A DNA stretch of 64,000 bases, taken from positions 719 to 64,718 of the forward strand of contig CACMYX010000005.1 of NCBI GenBank assembly GCA_902618015.1, written 5' to 3'. This DNA comes from an uncultured Alphaproteobacteria bacterium (GTDB lineage: Bacteria > Pseudomonadota > Alphaproteobacteria > HIMB59 > GCA-002718135). This document shows positions 21,468 through 30,711 of the stretch, one piece after another. The translations under genes and the position numbers were made by a program. The notes under the pieces are model-generated. The model had not been told where the DNA came from. It did not search any database and was given only the letters and a program-made list of their open reading frames with translations. Every line of letters starts with the position of its first letter. Position 1 is the first letter of the stretch.

Positions 21468-22791
21468 AGTTTTAATCATAGATGATGAAAAGGATATTTG
21501 TTTTCTTATTTCTGAAATTTTAAAAGATGAAAACTACAATACTTCAATTGCTCTTAATTCCGAAGAAGCAATTAGTAAATTTAATGAAATTAAACCCGAT
21601 TTAGTTATTTTAGATGTATGGTTATCTAACAGTAAATTAGACGGTATCGAAATTTTAAAAGAATTCAAATCGATTAATAGCAATATTCCAATTATTATTA
21701 TTAGCGGTCATGGCACTGTTGACCTTGCAGTGAAATCTATAAAAAATGGAGCGTATGACTTTTTAGAAAAGCCATTCAACAGTGATAAATTAATTATTCT
21801 TACCAAGAGAGCAATAGAAAGTTCATCATTATTGAGTGAAAATAAAAATTTAAAAGATACTTTAATTCAAACAACACCTTTGATAGGAAATTCAGAATTT
21901 ATTAAAAAAATTAATAAACTTTTAAATGAACAGAGTTCAAGTAACTCTAGACTATTAATTGAAGGACCATTTGGAACAGGAAAAAAACACTTTACAAATT
22001 TAATACATCAAAATTCACAATATAGAGATAAACTTCCTATATCAATTGATTTCAAAAAACTAACAAATGAAGCATTGGATAATATGTTTGCGGAAAATAA
22101 AGACGCAATTAATGAAAATATTTTTTATCGATCAAATAATAACACATTAATACTGCTCAATATTGAAACATTGCCAAATATTTATCAAAAGAAACTTTTA
22201 AATTTTCTAGAAAACAAAAAATTTTTTGAAGATCTCGATATTAAATTAAATCATAAAATTATTACAATTACTGAGAAAAATTTAGAAATTGAAATTGAAA
22301 AAGGTAATTTTATTAAAAGATTATATGATAGAATTTCAACAGACTTTATCAAATTTAAATCTCTCTCTAACAGGAGAGATGATGTTCTTCCTATTCTTGA
22401 TTTTTATTTAAATGAAAAAAGTGAAGGAATTTTAAATTTTAAATTTTCTTCTAAAGCCTTAACTAAGTTACAAATGTATGATTGGCCTGGAAATATATCT
22501 CAACTAATTAACTATGTAGAGAAAAGTCTAATACTTAATCAGGATCAAAATATAAAAGAGTTAGAAGTTGATGATTTAGCACTACAAATGGGGGATGAAA
22601 CTGCGTCAAATTCTTCAAATAATTCGTTGGATTTGTCTCTTAAAGAAGCCAGATTTGAGTTTGAAAAAAATTATTTAATATCGCAAATTAAGAGATTTAA
22701 TGGTAATATAACTAAAGTTTCTGAGTTTACAGGAATGGAAAGAACTGCTCTTTATAGAAAATTTAAGTCACTAGATATTAAAGTAGAATAA
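21451..22791 (+). CDS. ntrX: Response regulator NtrX (receiver + degenerate AAA+ + Fis-type HTH)
   Basis: 446 aa. The receiver domain is VLIIDDE...DLVILDVWL. The central domain has Walker A-like GPFGTGKK but no GAFTGA and no canonical Walker B. The C-terminal HTH is GNITKVSEFTGMERTALYRKFKSL. Confidence 0.85.
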   Translation: MNTMHKVLIIDDEKDICFLISEILKDENYNTSIALNSEEAISKFNEIKPDLVILDVWLSNSKLDGIEILKEFKSINSNIPIIIISGHGTVDLAVKSIKNGAYDFLEKPFNSDKLIILTKRAIESSSLLSENKNLKDTLIQTTPLIGNSEFIKKINKLLNEQSSSNSRLLIEGPFGTGKKHFTNLIHQNSQYRDKLPISIDFKKLTNEALDNMFAENKDAINENIFYRSNNNTLILLNIETLPNIYQKKLLNFLENKKFFEDLDIKLNHKIITITEKNLEIEIEKGNFIKRLYDRISTDFIKFKSLSNRRDDVLPILDFYLNEKSEGILNFKFSSKALTKLQMYDWPGNISQLINYVEKSLILNQDQNIKELEVDDLALQMGDETASNSSNNSLDLSLKEARFEFEKNYLISQIKRFNGNITKVSEFTGMERTALYRKFKSLDIKVE

Positions 22792-22798
22792 CTAATCA

Positions 22799-24163
22799 AT
22801 GAAAACAATTATTTGTGGTGCTGGGGATGTTGGATATAGCATAGCTGATAAACTATCACGTGAAAATTTTGAAGTTACAGTTATTGATGAAGATGAAAAT
22901 AAGTTAAATAAAGTATCTGAAACGTTGGATGTCAAAACAATTAATGGTATTCCTAGTATGCCATCAGTTTTAGAGAGTGCTGGTGCAAATGATTGTGAAA
23001 TACTGATTGCAGTTACTAAGAGTGATGAAACTAATATGGTTACTTGCCAAATTGGCCATTCTTTATTTAAAATTAAAAAGAAAATAGCAAGAATCAGACA
23101 ACAGGATTATTTAAAAAATGATTGGAAAAATTTATATAATGATGAAAATTTTCCAATAGATGCAATAATTTCTCCAGAAACAGAGGTTGCAAAAGGTATT
23201 TTCAGAAGATTAATCTCTCCAGGAACTATAGATATGGTTGAATTATCTGATAAAAAATTGAAATTAATTGGATTAAAATGTGAAGATAATTTTTTACATT
23301 CAGGTCTAACTGTTAGAGATTTATCTCAAAAATTTCCTGATTACCTTGCTAACATAATGTTTATATTTAGAGGTGATCAAAAATTTACTGTAAATTCATC
23401 TACAAAAATTGAAAAAAAAGATACAATTTTTTTAGTTGTTGAAACTGACAATTTGAGTGATGTTTTATCTGAGTTTGGACATCAAGAGTTACAAGCTAAA
23501 AAAGCGGTTGTTATTGGCGGGGGCAACATTGGATTTTCGTTGGCACAATTAATTGAAAGTTCTGAGACTTACATAAAAACTGAATTAATTGAAGCTAACA
23601 AAGAACGTGCTGAATTTCTTGCGTCAAATTTAGAAAATATTACAGTTACATGTGGAGATGGATTAGATAATCAGATACTTGAAGAGGTAAATATATCAGA
23701 GGCTGGTTATTGTATATCTATTACTGAAGATGATGAAGTTAATATATTATCTTCCTTATTGGCTAAAAGAGCAGGTGCTGAAACATCAATAACTTTGATA
23801 AATAATAGCAATTATTCATCTTTGTTATCTAATATTGGTGTTGATATGACCATAGATCCAAAAATAATTACGATTTCTAAAATTTTGGAAAAGGTAAGAG
23901 GTGTAAAAATAAGAAACGATTATTCAATTGGTGAAGGTTTTGGGGAAGTAATTGAGGCTGATATTCAATCAGAGTCATTTCTTTGTAATAAAAATCTTAA
24001 AGAATTAGAATTGCCAAAAGGTATACGTATCGGCTCCATTGTAAGAGATAAAAAAATTATAATTCCTAATAGTCAAACTGTATTTAAAGAAAATGATGAT
24101 GTTGTTTTTTTTGCTGAAACAAATTGTATAAAAAAACTAGAAAAACTTTTATCAAAAGTTTAA
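22799..24163 (+). CDS. trkA: Trk potassium uptake system NAD-binding protein TrkA
   Basis: 454 aa with two tandem RCK N/C units (IICGAGDVG... and VIGGGNIG...). Confidence 0.9.
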   Translation: MKTIICGAGDVGYSIADKLSRENFEVTVIDEDENKLNKVSETLDVKTINGIPSMPSVLESAGANDCEILIAVTKSDETNMVTCQIGHSLFKIKKKIARIRQQDYLKNDWKNLYNDENFPIDAIISPETEVAKGIFRRLISPGTIDMVELSDKKLKLIGLKCEDNFLHSGLTVRDLSQKFPDYLANIMFIFRGDQKFTVNSSTKIEKKDTIFLVVETDNLSDVLSEFGHQELQAKKAVVIGGGNIGFSLAQLIESSETYIKTELIEANKERAEFLASNLENITVTCGDGLDNQILEEVNISEAGYCISITEDDEVNILSSLLAKRAGAETSITLINNSNYSSLLSNIGVDMTIDPKIITISKILEKVRGVKIRNDYSIGEGFGEVIEADIQSESFLCNKNLKELELPKGIRIGSIVRDKKIIIPNSQTVFKENDDVVFFAETNCIKKLEKLLSKV

Positions 24164-24167
24164 TTTG

Positions 24168-25013
24168 ATGCCAAATTTTGCCTTTATAAATAACAAATTT
24201 ATAAATTTTAATTCTGCAAAAATTCATATAGAGGATAGAGGATTGCAATTTGCAGATAGTGTTTATGAAGTTATTGCAGTTTTGGATAATAATTTAATTG
24301 ATTTAGATTTTCATCTTAAGAGATTAAAATATTCTCTTCGTGAATTAGAAATTAAATTTACAATCAATAAAAAAAACCTAAATAATATTTTTCTAAATCT
24401 AATAAAGAAAAATAAAACAAGGAACGGTATAATTTATTTACAAATTACAAGAGGTATTCAATTTAGAGAACACAAATATCAAAAAAATTTAACCCCAACT
24501 TTGATTGTTTACACAAGAAATAAAAGTTTTAATTTACCTGGAAAAAAATTTGTAGGGGTAAATACAATTACATATCAAGATCTTCGATGGAAAAGACGTG
24601 ATATTAAAACAGTAAATTTACTTCCAAATATTATAGCAGCAAATATGGCTAAAAAGAAAAATGCTTATGAGGCAATTTTAATACAAAATGGAAAAGTAAC
24701 TGAAGGCACATCTTCTAACATTTGGATTATAAAAAGAAATCATTTAATAACTCATCCAGCTAATTCCGATATTTTAAAAGGAGTAACTAGAACATCTCTT
24801 TTAAAAATTATAAAAAAAACTAAACTTAAACTAATAGAAAAACAATTTACCCAAAAGCAATTAATTAATGCTGATGAAGTTTTCTTAACAAGCTCTGGAA
24901 GTTTTATTACTCCTATTTTAAAAATTGATAATAAAAAAATTAATAATGGTAAAATTGGCAGTATCACATTGAAACTAGCAGAAATGTATACTGAAGCATG
25001 TATAAATGGATAA
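24168..25013 (+). CDS. Class IV (fold type IV) aminotransferase, D-amino-acid/branched-chain type
   Basis: About 281 aa (DRGLQFADSVYEV, EGTSSNIW, GVTR motifs). I place the start at the ATG at 24168. The track start at 24165 is a TTG one codon upstream. Confidence 0.8.
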   Translation: MPNFAFINNKFINFNSAKIHIEDRGLQFADSVYEVIAVLDNNLIDLDFHLKRLKYSLRELEIKFTINKKNLNNIFLNLIKKNKTRNGIIYLQITRGIQFREHKYQKNLTPTLIVYTRNKSFNLPGKKFVGVNTITYQDLRWKRRDIKTVNLLPNIIAANMAKKKNAYEAILIQNGKVTEGTSSNIWIIKRNHLITHPANSDILKGVTRTSLLKIIKKTKLKLIEKQFTQKQLINADEVFLTSSGSFITPILKIDNKKINNGKIGSITLKLAEMYTEACING

Positions 25014-25809
25014 TATAAAGCAAGAGGACATAGAGGACATTTGTTTTAACGTAAGTCAAAATATTATCTTACCAAAATTTAAAAATTTATCAGACGATGA
25101 CATTAATTATAAAAATGGATCTGATTTAGTAACAGCAGCTGATATAGAAGCAGAAAAAGAATTAAAAAAAAATTTGTTAAAAATTTTACCAACTTCAAAT
25201 TTTATAGGTGAAGAGGAATATTCTAGAAATGAAAATATATTAAATTTTTATAATGAAGATGCATATTGTTGGACTGTTGACCCAATAGATGGAACAACAA
25301 ATTTTGCTAATGGTAGAGATAAATTTGCAATTATGATAGCCTTAACATTTAAAGAAAAAATTTTACGTTCTTGGATATATAAACCATTAGATAAAATTAT
25401 GTGTTCAGCAATTGTAAATGAAGGTGCTTATATCAATAATAATAAAATTATTACAAAAGAAGCAAATATAATTGAAGAAACTATAGGATCGATAAGTACA
25501 AAGTATTGGGAACCAGGATTTAAAGATAAGTTAAAAATATTTAAAAACATATTTAAAGAAGTTAACTCTTATAGATGTATTGGTTTTGAATATATAGATA
25601 TAGGTATTGGCATTAGAAATTTTGCTATTTTATCAAAATTATCTCCCTGGGATCATATTCCAGGTATTCTTTTTGTCAGAGAAGCAGGAGGTTCTGATAT
25701 AGATTTTGATAAAAATAAATATGACTTTACAAAAAAGAATAAGAATTTAATTGTTAGTAATTCAGAAGATTTGAATTTTAAAATTTTAGAAAAAATAGGA
25801 GAATATTAA
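25006..25809 (+). CDS. Inositol monophosphatase family protein
   Basis: 267 aa. WTVDPIDGTTNF and SPWDHIPGILFVREAGG motifs are present. Confidence 0.82.
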   Translation: MDNIKQEDIEDICFNVSQNIILPKFKNLSDDDINYKNGSDLVTAADIEAEKELKKNLLKILPTSNFIGEEEYSRNENILNFYNEDAYCWTVDPIDGTTNFANGRDKFAIMIALTFKEKILRSWIYKPLDKIMCSAIVNEGAYINNNKIITKEANIIEETIGSISTKYWEPGFKDKLKIFKNIFKEVNSYRCIGFEYIDIGIGIRNFAILSKLSPWDHIPGILFVREAGGSDIDFDKNKYDFTKKNKNLIVSNSEDLNFKILEKIGEY

Positions 25810-26681
25810 TGAGTATTAAAAATGTTTCTTTTATTGGCTTAGGAGTAATGGGTTACCCAATGGCAGGTCATCTTCAAAACAATGGTTATAATGTAACTGT
25901 TTATAATAGAACAACAATTAAAGCAGAAAAATGGGTAGAAAAGTACAAAGGAAGCATGGCTAAAACTCCTGGTGAAGCTTCTCAAAATTCTGAAATTGTT
26001 TTTATGTGTGTTGGACGTGATGAAGATATTATTGAAGTAATGGAAGGAGAAAGCGGCATTCTTTCAAATGTATCTGAGGGATCAATTATTGTTGATCACA
26101 CAACAGCCTCTGCAGAGATAGCAAGAAATTATTATCAAAAACTTAAAAATAAAAAATTGAGTTTTCTTGACGCTCCTGTATCTGGCGGTCAAGCTGGAGC
26201 AGAAAATGGTGTTCTTTCCATTATGATTGGTGGTGATGAAAAAGATTATAATACTGTTCAGCCAGTTCTCACATCTTATGGTAAAGCAGTTGAACTTATA
26301 GGGCCTTCTGGTTCGGGTCAAATTGCTAAAATGATAAATCAAATTTGTATAGCTGGACTAGTCCAAGGCTTATCTGAGGCAATGGCTTTTGGAAAAAAAT
26401 CCAATGTAGACATGGAAAAAGTTCTCAGCGTTATATCCAAGGGAGCAGCTCAATCATGGCAGATGGAAAATAGATATAGAACTATGCTTGATGGAAAGTT
26501 TGATTATGGTTTTGCTGTAGATTGGATGCGTAAGGATTTATCAATATGTTTTAACGAGGCCAGCAAAAATGGCGCAATACTTCCTGTTACAAAAATAGTT
26601 GATAAATATTATGAAGAAGTTCAAAAAAATGGTGGGAATAGGTTTGATACATCGTCATTAATGACTCTTGTAGACAAATAA
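25809..26681 (+). CDS. NAD(P)-dependent 3-hydroxyisobutyrate / 2-hydroxy-3-oxopropionate dehydrogenase family oxidoreductase
   Basis: 290 aa with a Rossmann N-terminus (VSFIGLGVMGYPMAGHL), DAPVSGG and the conserved SGQIAKMINQ segment. Confidence 0.85.
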   Translation: MSIKNVSFIGLGVMGYPMAGHLQNNGYNVTVYNRTTIKAEKWVEKYKGSMAKTPGEASQNSEIVFMCVGRDEDIIEVMEGESGILSNVSEGSIIVDHTTASAEIARNYYQKLKNKKLSFLDAPVSGGQAGAENGVLSIMIGGDEKDYNTVQPVLTSYGKAVELIGPSGSGQIAKMINQICIAGLVQGLSEAMAFGKKSNVDMEKVLSVISKGAAQSWQMENRYRTMLDGKFDYGFAVDWMRKDLSICFNEASKNGAILPVTKIVDKYYEEVQKNGGNRFDTSSLMTLVDK

Positions 26682-27596
26682 ATGTCAAGAAACTTAATGT
26701 TAGCATTTATATTGTTAATAGCCTCTTCTTTATTTTGGTCAGGAAATTTCTTTTTTGGAAAAGTTGCTCATATCACTGATCTTTCACCATTTAAATTAAG
26801 TTTTTTTAGATGGTCTTTAGCTTTGCTTTTATTGCTACCTTTCACCTTTAAAACCATTTTGGAAAATTTTAAGTATTACAAAGAGAACTTTTTACTAATG
26901 ACTACATTAAGTATTTTAAGTGTTACAATATTTAACTCATTTACATATATTTCATTGCAGACTACTTTAGTTTTAAATTCAACAATAATGGCATCCACCG
27001 CACCTGTAATTATGATTGGTTTCTCTTGGCTAATGTTTCGAACTAAAATCTCTAAACTTCAACTAATTGGTATAATTTTATCTTTATTAGGTGCTTTAGC
27101 TATAATTTTAAAAGGAAATTTAAATAATCTATATACCCTTAATTTTACTATTGGAGATATTTGGATGTTTGCTGCTGTAATATCTTGGTGCTTATATTCC
27201 GTCCTGTTAAAAAAGATGGATACATCAATCCCTCAACTAGCAAGCTTGGAAGTAATGATTATTATTGGCTTATTTTTTATTATTCCATTTTATCTTTTTG
27301 AATCTTTTAATGGTACCTTTTTACTTTCATCTTCTTATGACTTTTTCATTATTATTTATGTTGCTATCTTTGCAAGTATTGCTGCTTATTTTGCTTGGAA
27401 TAAGGGTGTCTATTTAATTGGCCCAAATAGAGCTGGTTTATTTTTACACTTTATACCTGTCTTTGCTGCAATTTGGGCAATAACTTTTTTAAATGAGAGT
27501 TTTGCAATATTTCATATTGTAGGTGTTTTTTTTATAATTACAGGAATTATATTATCTAATATAAGATTTAAAAATGAACAAAATAGTCAAAACTGA
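26682..27596 (+). CDS. EamA/DMT superfamily transporter
   Basis: 304 aa with about 10 TM segments and a duplicated EamA architecture. Confidence 0.82.
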   Translation: MSRNLMLAFILLIASSLFWSGNFFFGKVAHITDLSPFKLSFFRWSLALLLLLPFTFKTILENFKYYKENFLLMTTLSILSVTIFNSFTYISLQTTLVLNSTIMASTAPVIMIGFSWLMFRTKISKLQLIGIILSLLGALAIILKGNLNNLYTLNFTIGDIWMFAAVISWCLYSVLLKKMDTSIPQLASLEVMIIIGLFFIIPFYLFESFNGTFLLSSSYDFFIIIYVAIFASIAAYFAWNKGVYLIGPNRAGLFLHFIPVFAAIWAITFLNESFAIFHIVGVFFIITGIILSNIRFKNEQNSQN

Positions 27597-27969
27597 TCAG
27601 GAATGGAAATCTCTTCTCACAGAAGATGAATATTACGTAACAAGACAAAAGGGAACAGAACCTCCTTTCTCTGGTAAAAATTTTGAAATTATTAATGGCG
27701 GTATTTTTAAATGTAAATGCTGTGGTAATGAATTATTTAATAGTTCAACAAAATATGATTCTTATTGTGGGTGGCCAAGTTTTTTTGAACAAATATCACC
27801 TGAAGCAATTAAAACAGAGACTGATAGATCGCATGGAATGGTGCGTATTGAAATTATGTGTGCCAAATGTGATGCGCATTTAGGTCATGTTTTTGATGAT
27901 GGCCCAGAGCCTACTGGCAAAAGATACTGTGTGAATTCTCTTTCTATTAATTACGAAGAGTTTGAATAA
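27574..27969 (+). CDS. msrB: Peptide-methionine (R)-S-oxide reductase MsrB
   Basis: 131 aa with two CxxC zinc motifs (CKCCGNEL, CAKCDAHLGHVF), the GWPSF motif and the catalytic RYCVNS. Confidence 0.95.
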   Translation: MNKIVKTDQEWKSLLTEDEYYVTRQKGTEPPFSGKNFEIINGGIFKCKCCGNELFNSSTKYDSYCGWPSFFEQISPEAIKTETDRSHGMVRIEIMCAKCDAHLGHVFDDGPEPTGKRYCVNSLSINYEEFE

Positions 27970-29143
27970 TACTTTTTATACACTCCTATTTTCATCAATA
28001 GGTCATGCTCTCATGCATATGTTTGCAGCATTTTATTTTGTAATCGTTCTGACTATAGAAAAAGAATGGAATATTTCTTACGATCAATTAATTAGATTAT
28101 GGTCTCTTGGAGCTCTACTAATTGGTTTAGGGGCAATTCCTTTTGGGTGGTTAAGTGATAAATGGTCCCGTTCAGGAACAATGACAATTATGTTTATAGG
28201 AATGGGATTAGCCTCCATTTTATGTGGTTTAAGCACATCAGTTTCTTTTTTATTTTTTTCCTTATCACTTCTTGGACTTTTCTGTTCAATTTACCATCCT
28301 GTAGGCATTCCTTGGGTGATTCATGCAGCTAACAAACAGGGAAGAGCGCTTGGTGTAAATGGTATTTTTGGTGGGGTAGGGATAGGCTCTGGAGCATTTG
28401 TAGCTGGTACTCTGACAGAATTACTAAATTGGCAACTAGCTTTTATATTACCTGGTTTAATATCAATTATTATTGGGTTTATTCTTATTTACTTAATCTT
28501 AATTGATAAAATATCTTACAAAAATTATTTTATTAAAAATGATGATCAAGATCATTCGCGTAATGAGATGATTTTAATTGCATTAATAATGCTATTATCA
28601 ATGTTTGCTCTTGGATTATCTTTTCACAATACACAAACAGCCTTACCAAAGGTATTTGAAATACGAATTGGTAATACAAGCTCAATTCAAATTGGATTTA
28701 TGATAGCAATTATCTATTTTATTTCTGGTGCTACAACATTTGTTGGAGGCCTACTTGCTGATCGATTTAATTTAAAAACTATTTACTTAATTGGCATATT
28801 TCTTCAGTTTCCTTGCTACCTAGGAATAGCTTACATATCTGGTTACTCTTTAGTAGTGTTATGTGTTCTAGCTGCCGTATTTAATGCAAGTATTCTGCCT
28901 ACAGAAAATCTCCTACTTGGGAAATTTACACCCCAAAAGTATCATGGTGTTGTATATGGAATTAAGTTTATTCTTGCATTTGGATCAGGACCAATTTCAG
29001 TATTCTTAATTTCAGAAATATATTCCATAACTTTAGAGTTTACTTATTTGTTTTTAATTAATGCAATAATGATGGCTATAGTTTCAATCTTTATTATTTT
29101 CTTACCAATTCAAGGTAATCAAAGAACAGCTATTCAGGATTAG
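27962..29143 (+). CDS. MFS transporter
   Basis: 393 aa with about 12 TM segments and a GWLSDKWSR loop motif between TM2 and TM3. It has a TTG start that overlaps the msrB end. Confidence 0.8.
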   Translation: MNNTFYTLLFSSIGHALMHMFAAFYFVIVLTIEKEWNISYDQLIRLWSLGALLIGLGAIPFGWLSDKWSRSGTMTIMFIGMGLASILCGLSTSVSFLFFSLSLLGLFCSIYHPVGIPWVIHAANKQGRALGVNGIFGGVGIGSGAFVAGTLTELLNWQLAFILPGLISIIIGFILIYLILIDKISYKNYFIKNDDQDHSRNEMILIALIMLLSMFALGLSFHNTQTALPKVFEIRIGNTSSIQIGFMIAIIYFISGATTFVGGLLADRFNLKTIYLIGIFLQFPCYLGIAYISGYSLVVLCVLAAVFNASILPTENLLLGKFTPQKYHGVVYGIKFILAFGSGPISVFLISEIYSITLEFTYLFLINAIMMAIVSIFIIFLPIQGNQRTAIQD

Positions 29144-29357
29144 ATTTTATTTCTTCAAGATAATTAATAACTTCATTAAATTTTTCATCAGGTATATCTT
29201 TATAGGTCATACCAAAATGATTTTTTACCTCTAATGCAACATGAGCATAAGGATTTCTACCCTTTGGATGATTAGGGTGATCAGGTAATTTTCCTTTTAA
29301 AAAATCACCAGTTTCTTGAATTAATTTCCAAATTTTAGATGCGTTTTCTTTATTCAA
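29130..29357 (-). CDS. Small hypothetical protein (75 aa), C-terminal part ORF6C-like
   Basis: A TTG start lies 1 nt after the pepC stop on the same strand. The ORF fills an otherwise noncoding gap. The segment YAHVALEVKNHFGMTYKDIPDEKFNEVINYLEEI resembles my recollection of the ORF6C motif (..FGv.sYKdIp...F.ea..fi). Its 3' end overlaps the convergent MFS gene by 14 nt. Confidence 0.5.
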   Translation of the reverse strand: MNKENASKIWKLIQETGDFLKGKLPDHPNHPKGRNPYAHVALEVKNHFGMTYKDIPDEKFNEVINYLEEIKSNPE

Positions 29358-29358
29358 C

Positions 29359-30681
29359 TTATCTAGCTAGAGCACCCATTGGATCCCAAGGTGCTAGCGC
29401 TACTGGTTCCATATCTAAGTATTTTAAAAGTCTTTTGTTTAGATATTTTTTATCAATGACAACTTCATAGGTATATTCATCAAACCATTCATCGGTCATC
29501 ATCATATATCCTTGGTTACCACTTTTTGTTCCCCAGCTATTTTCAATTTTCCATTTAGTTGAATTTCTTTTTTTAATATCGACTCCCGTTAAAAGCATAG
29601 CATGAGTCATTTCACTATCACCATACTCTAAACGAGTTTGTTTATTCATCTTAAATGAAGTTTGGAAGACATTTTCATAATCGTAAATGCCCATATCAAG
29701 TACACCCATATCACGACTAAAACGTTTCCCAACATCACAACCAAACCATACAGCTTCGTTGTTTTTTATTGAGTCCATTGCAGATTTTTTTAATTCTTTA
29801 ATATCTACATTTAAATATTTAATAATTTGTCCTTCAACAACGTTACCAAGATATTCAACTGTGTACATTGTATTAAATTTTTTATTGCTCATTGGAGCAT
29901 GAATTAAGCAAACTTTATCTTTAATATTGATATCAGCATATTTTTTGCAGAAATCAATTGGTGTCATGTCTGAAATGACAATATGTCTATTATCTTTATT
30001 TCTAGTAGACCAATTGATAACATCTGGTGGTTGACCAAGAAACATTGCTAGTAAATTATAAATTGTTTCCATCATGTCTTTTTTTAGGGCTGCAGAATTT
30101 TTAGCTGGTTTCTTTCTTAGTATAGAAGCAAACTCTCTTAATTTGTGAGTCAAAATATAATTCATGGCTCCAGATTTACTGCTATGATTTGTTTCAGGCA
30201 TTACATCTTTTGGAACTGCACCGTACTTGTTAATTAAGTTTACAAACATATCCCACTGTCCACCATCTTGCACAGGTGCTTTTAAAAGATGAGTAATTAA
30301 TCTGCTCTCATATGATTCATCTCTTGATTTGATAATATTCTCTAAAAAATAATTTGCTTTTTCTAGCTTATCCCAAAACATGAAATAATTTTGTGAGAAC
30401 TCAAATGTATTTAGTTCAAGGCTATCAACAACTTGTAAACGCATGAGATTTAATCCTGCAAATCCCCAACATCTACCTGATGCCATCTGGTTTGTTGCAG
30501 GTAGTTCTTTTTTTATTAGATTAGAAAAATTATGATTAATTTGACTAAAATTTTCCCAATTGAGTGCAACATTAGCTAAATCATTTTTAATTAATGCATT
30601 TCGTGAAGCTGTATTTTTATTATTTCTTAAAAATTTATTTTTGAAAGTTTTTATCGTTGATAGAGATATGTTTTTTGCCAT
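29359..30681 (-). CDS. pepC: Aminopeptidase C / bleomycin hydrolase-type cysteine peptidase (MEROPS C1B)
   Basis: 440 aa with the catalytic Cys context QMASGRCWGFAG, the His context (SEMTHAMLLTG), ENSWG and the characteristic C-terminal arm PWDPMGALAR. Confidence 0.9.
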   Translation of the reverse strand: MAKNISLSTIKTFKNKFLRNNKNTASRNALIKNDLANVALNWENFSQINHNFSNLIKKELPATNQMASGRCWGFAGLNLMRLQVVDSLELNTFEFSQNYFMFWDKLEKANYFLENIIKSRDESYESRLITHLLKAPVQDGGQWDMFVNLINKYGAVPKDVMPETNHSSKSGAMNYILTHKLREFASILRKKPAKNSAALKKDMMETIYNLLAMFLGQPPDVINWSTRNKDNRHIVISDMTPIDFCKKYADINIKDKVCLIHAPMSNKKFNTMYTVEYLGNVVEGQIIKYLNVDIKELKKSAMDSIKNNEAVWFGCDVGKRFSRDMGVLDMGIYDYENVFQTSFKMNKQTRLEYGDSEMTHAMLLTGVDIKKRNSTKWKIENSWGTKSGNQGYMMMTDEWFDEYTYEVVIDKKYLNKRLLKYLDMEPVALAPWDPMGALAR

Positions 30682-30711
30682 ATTCTCTATTTAAAACTAT
30701 TTCAGCTTAAT

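Noticed and set aside
27683-27883. A 66-aa same-strand ORF in an alternative frame inside msrB.
   Set aside because: It lies entirely within msrB, whose frame carries all the catalytic and zinc motifs. Nothing supports dual coding.
29359-30681. pepC as a recent horizontal acquisition.
   Set aside because: By eye, its base composition and codon style are indistinguishable from neighbouring core genes, and no mobility genes or flanking repeats are visible. I cannot support an HGT claim without compositional statistics or phylogeny.
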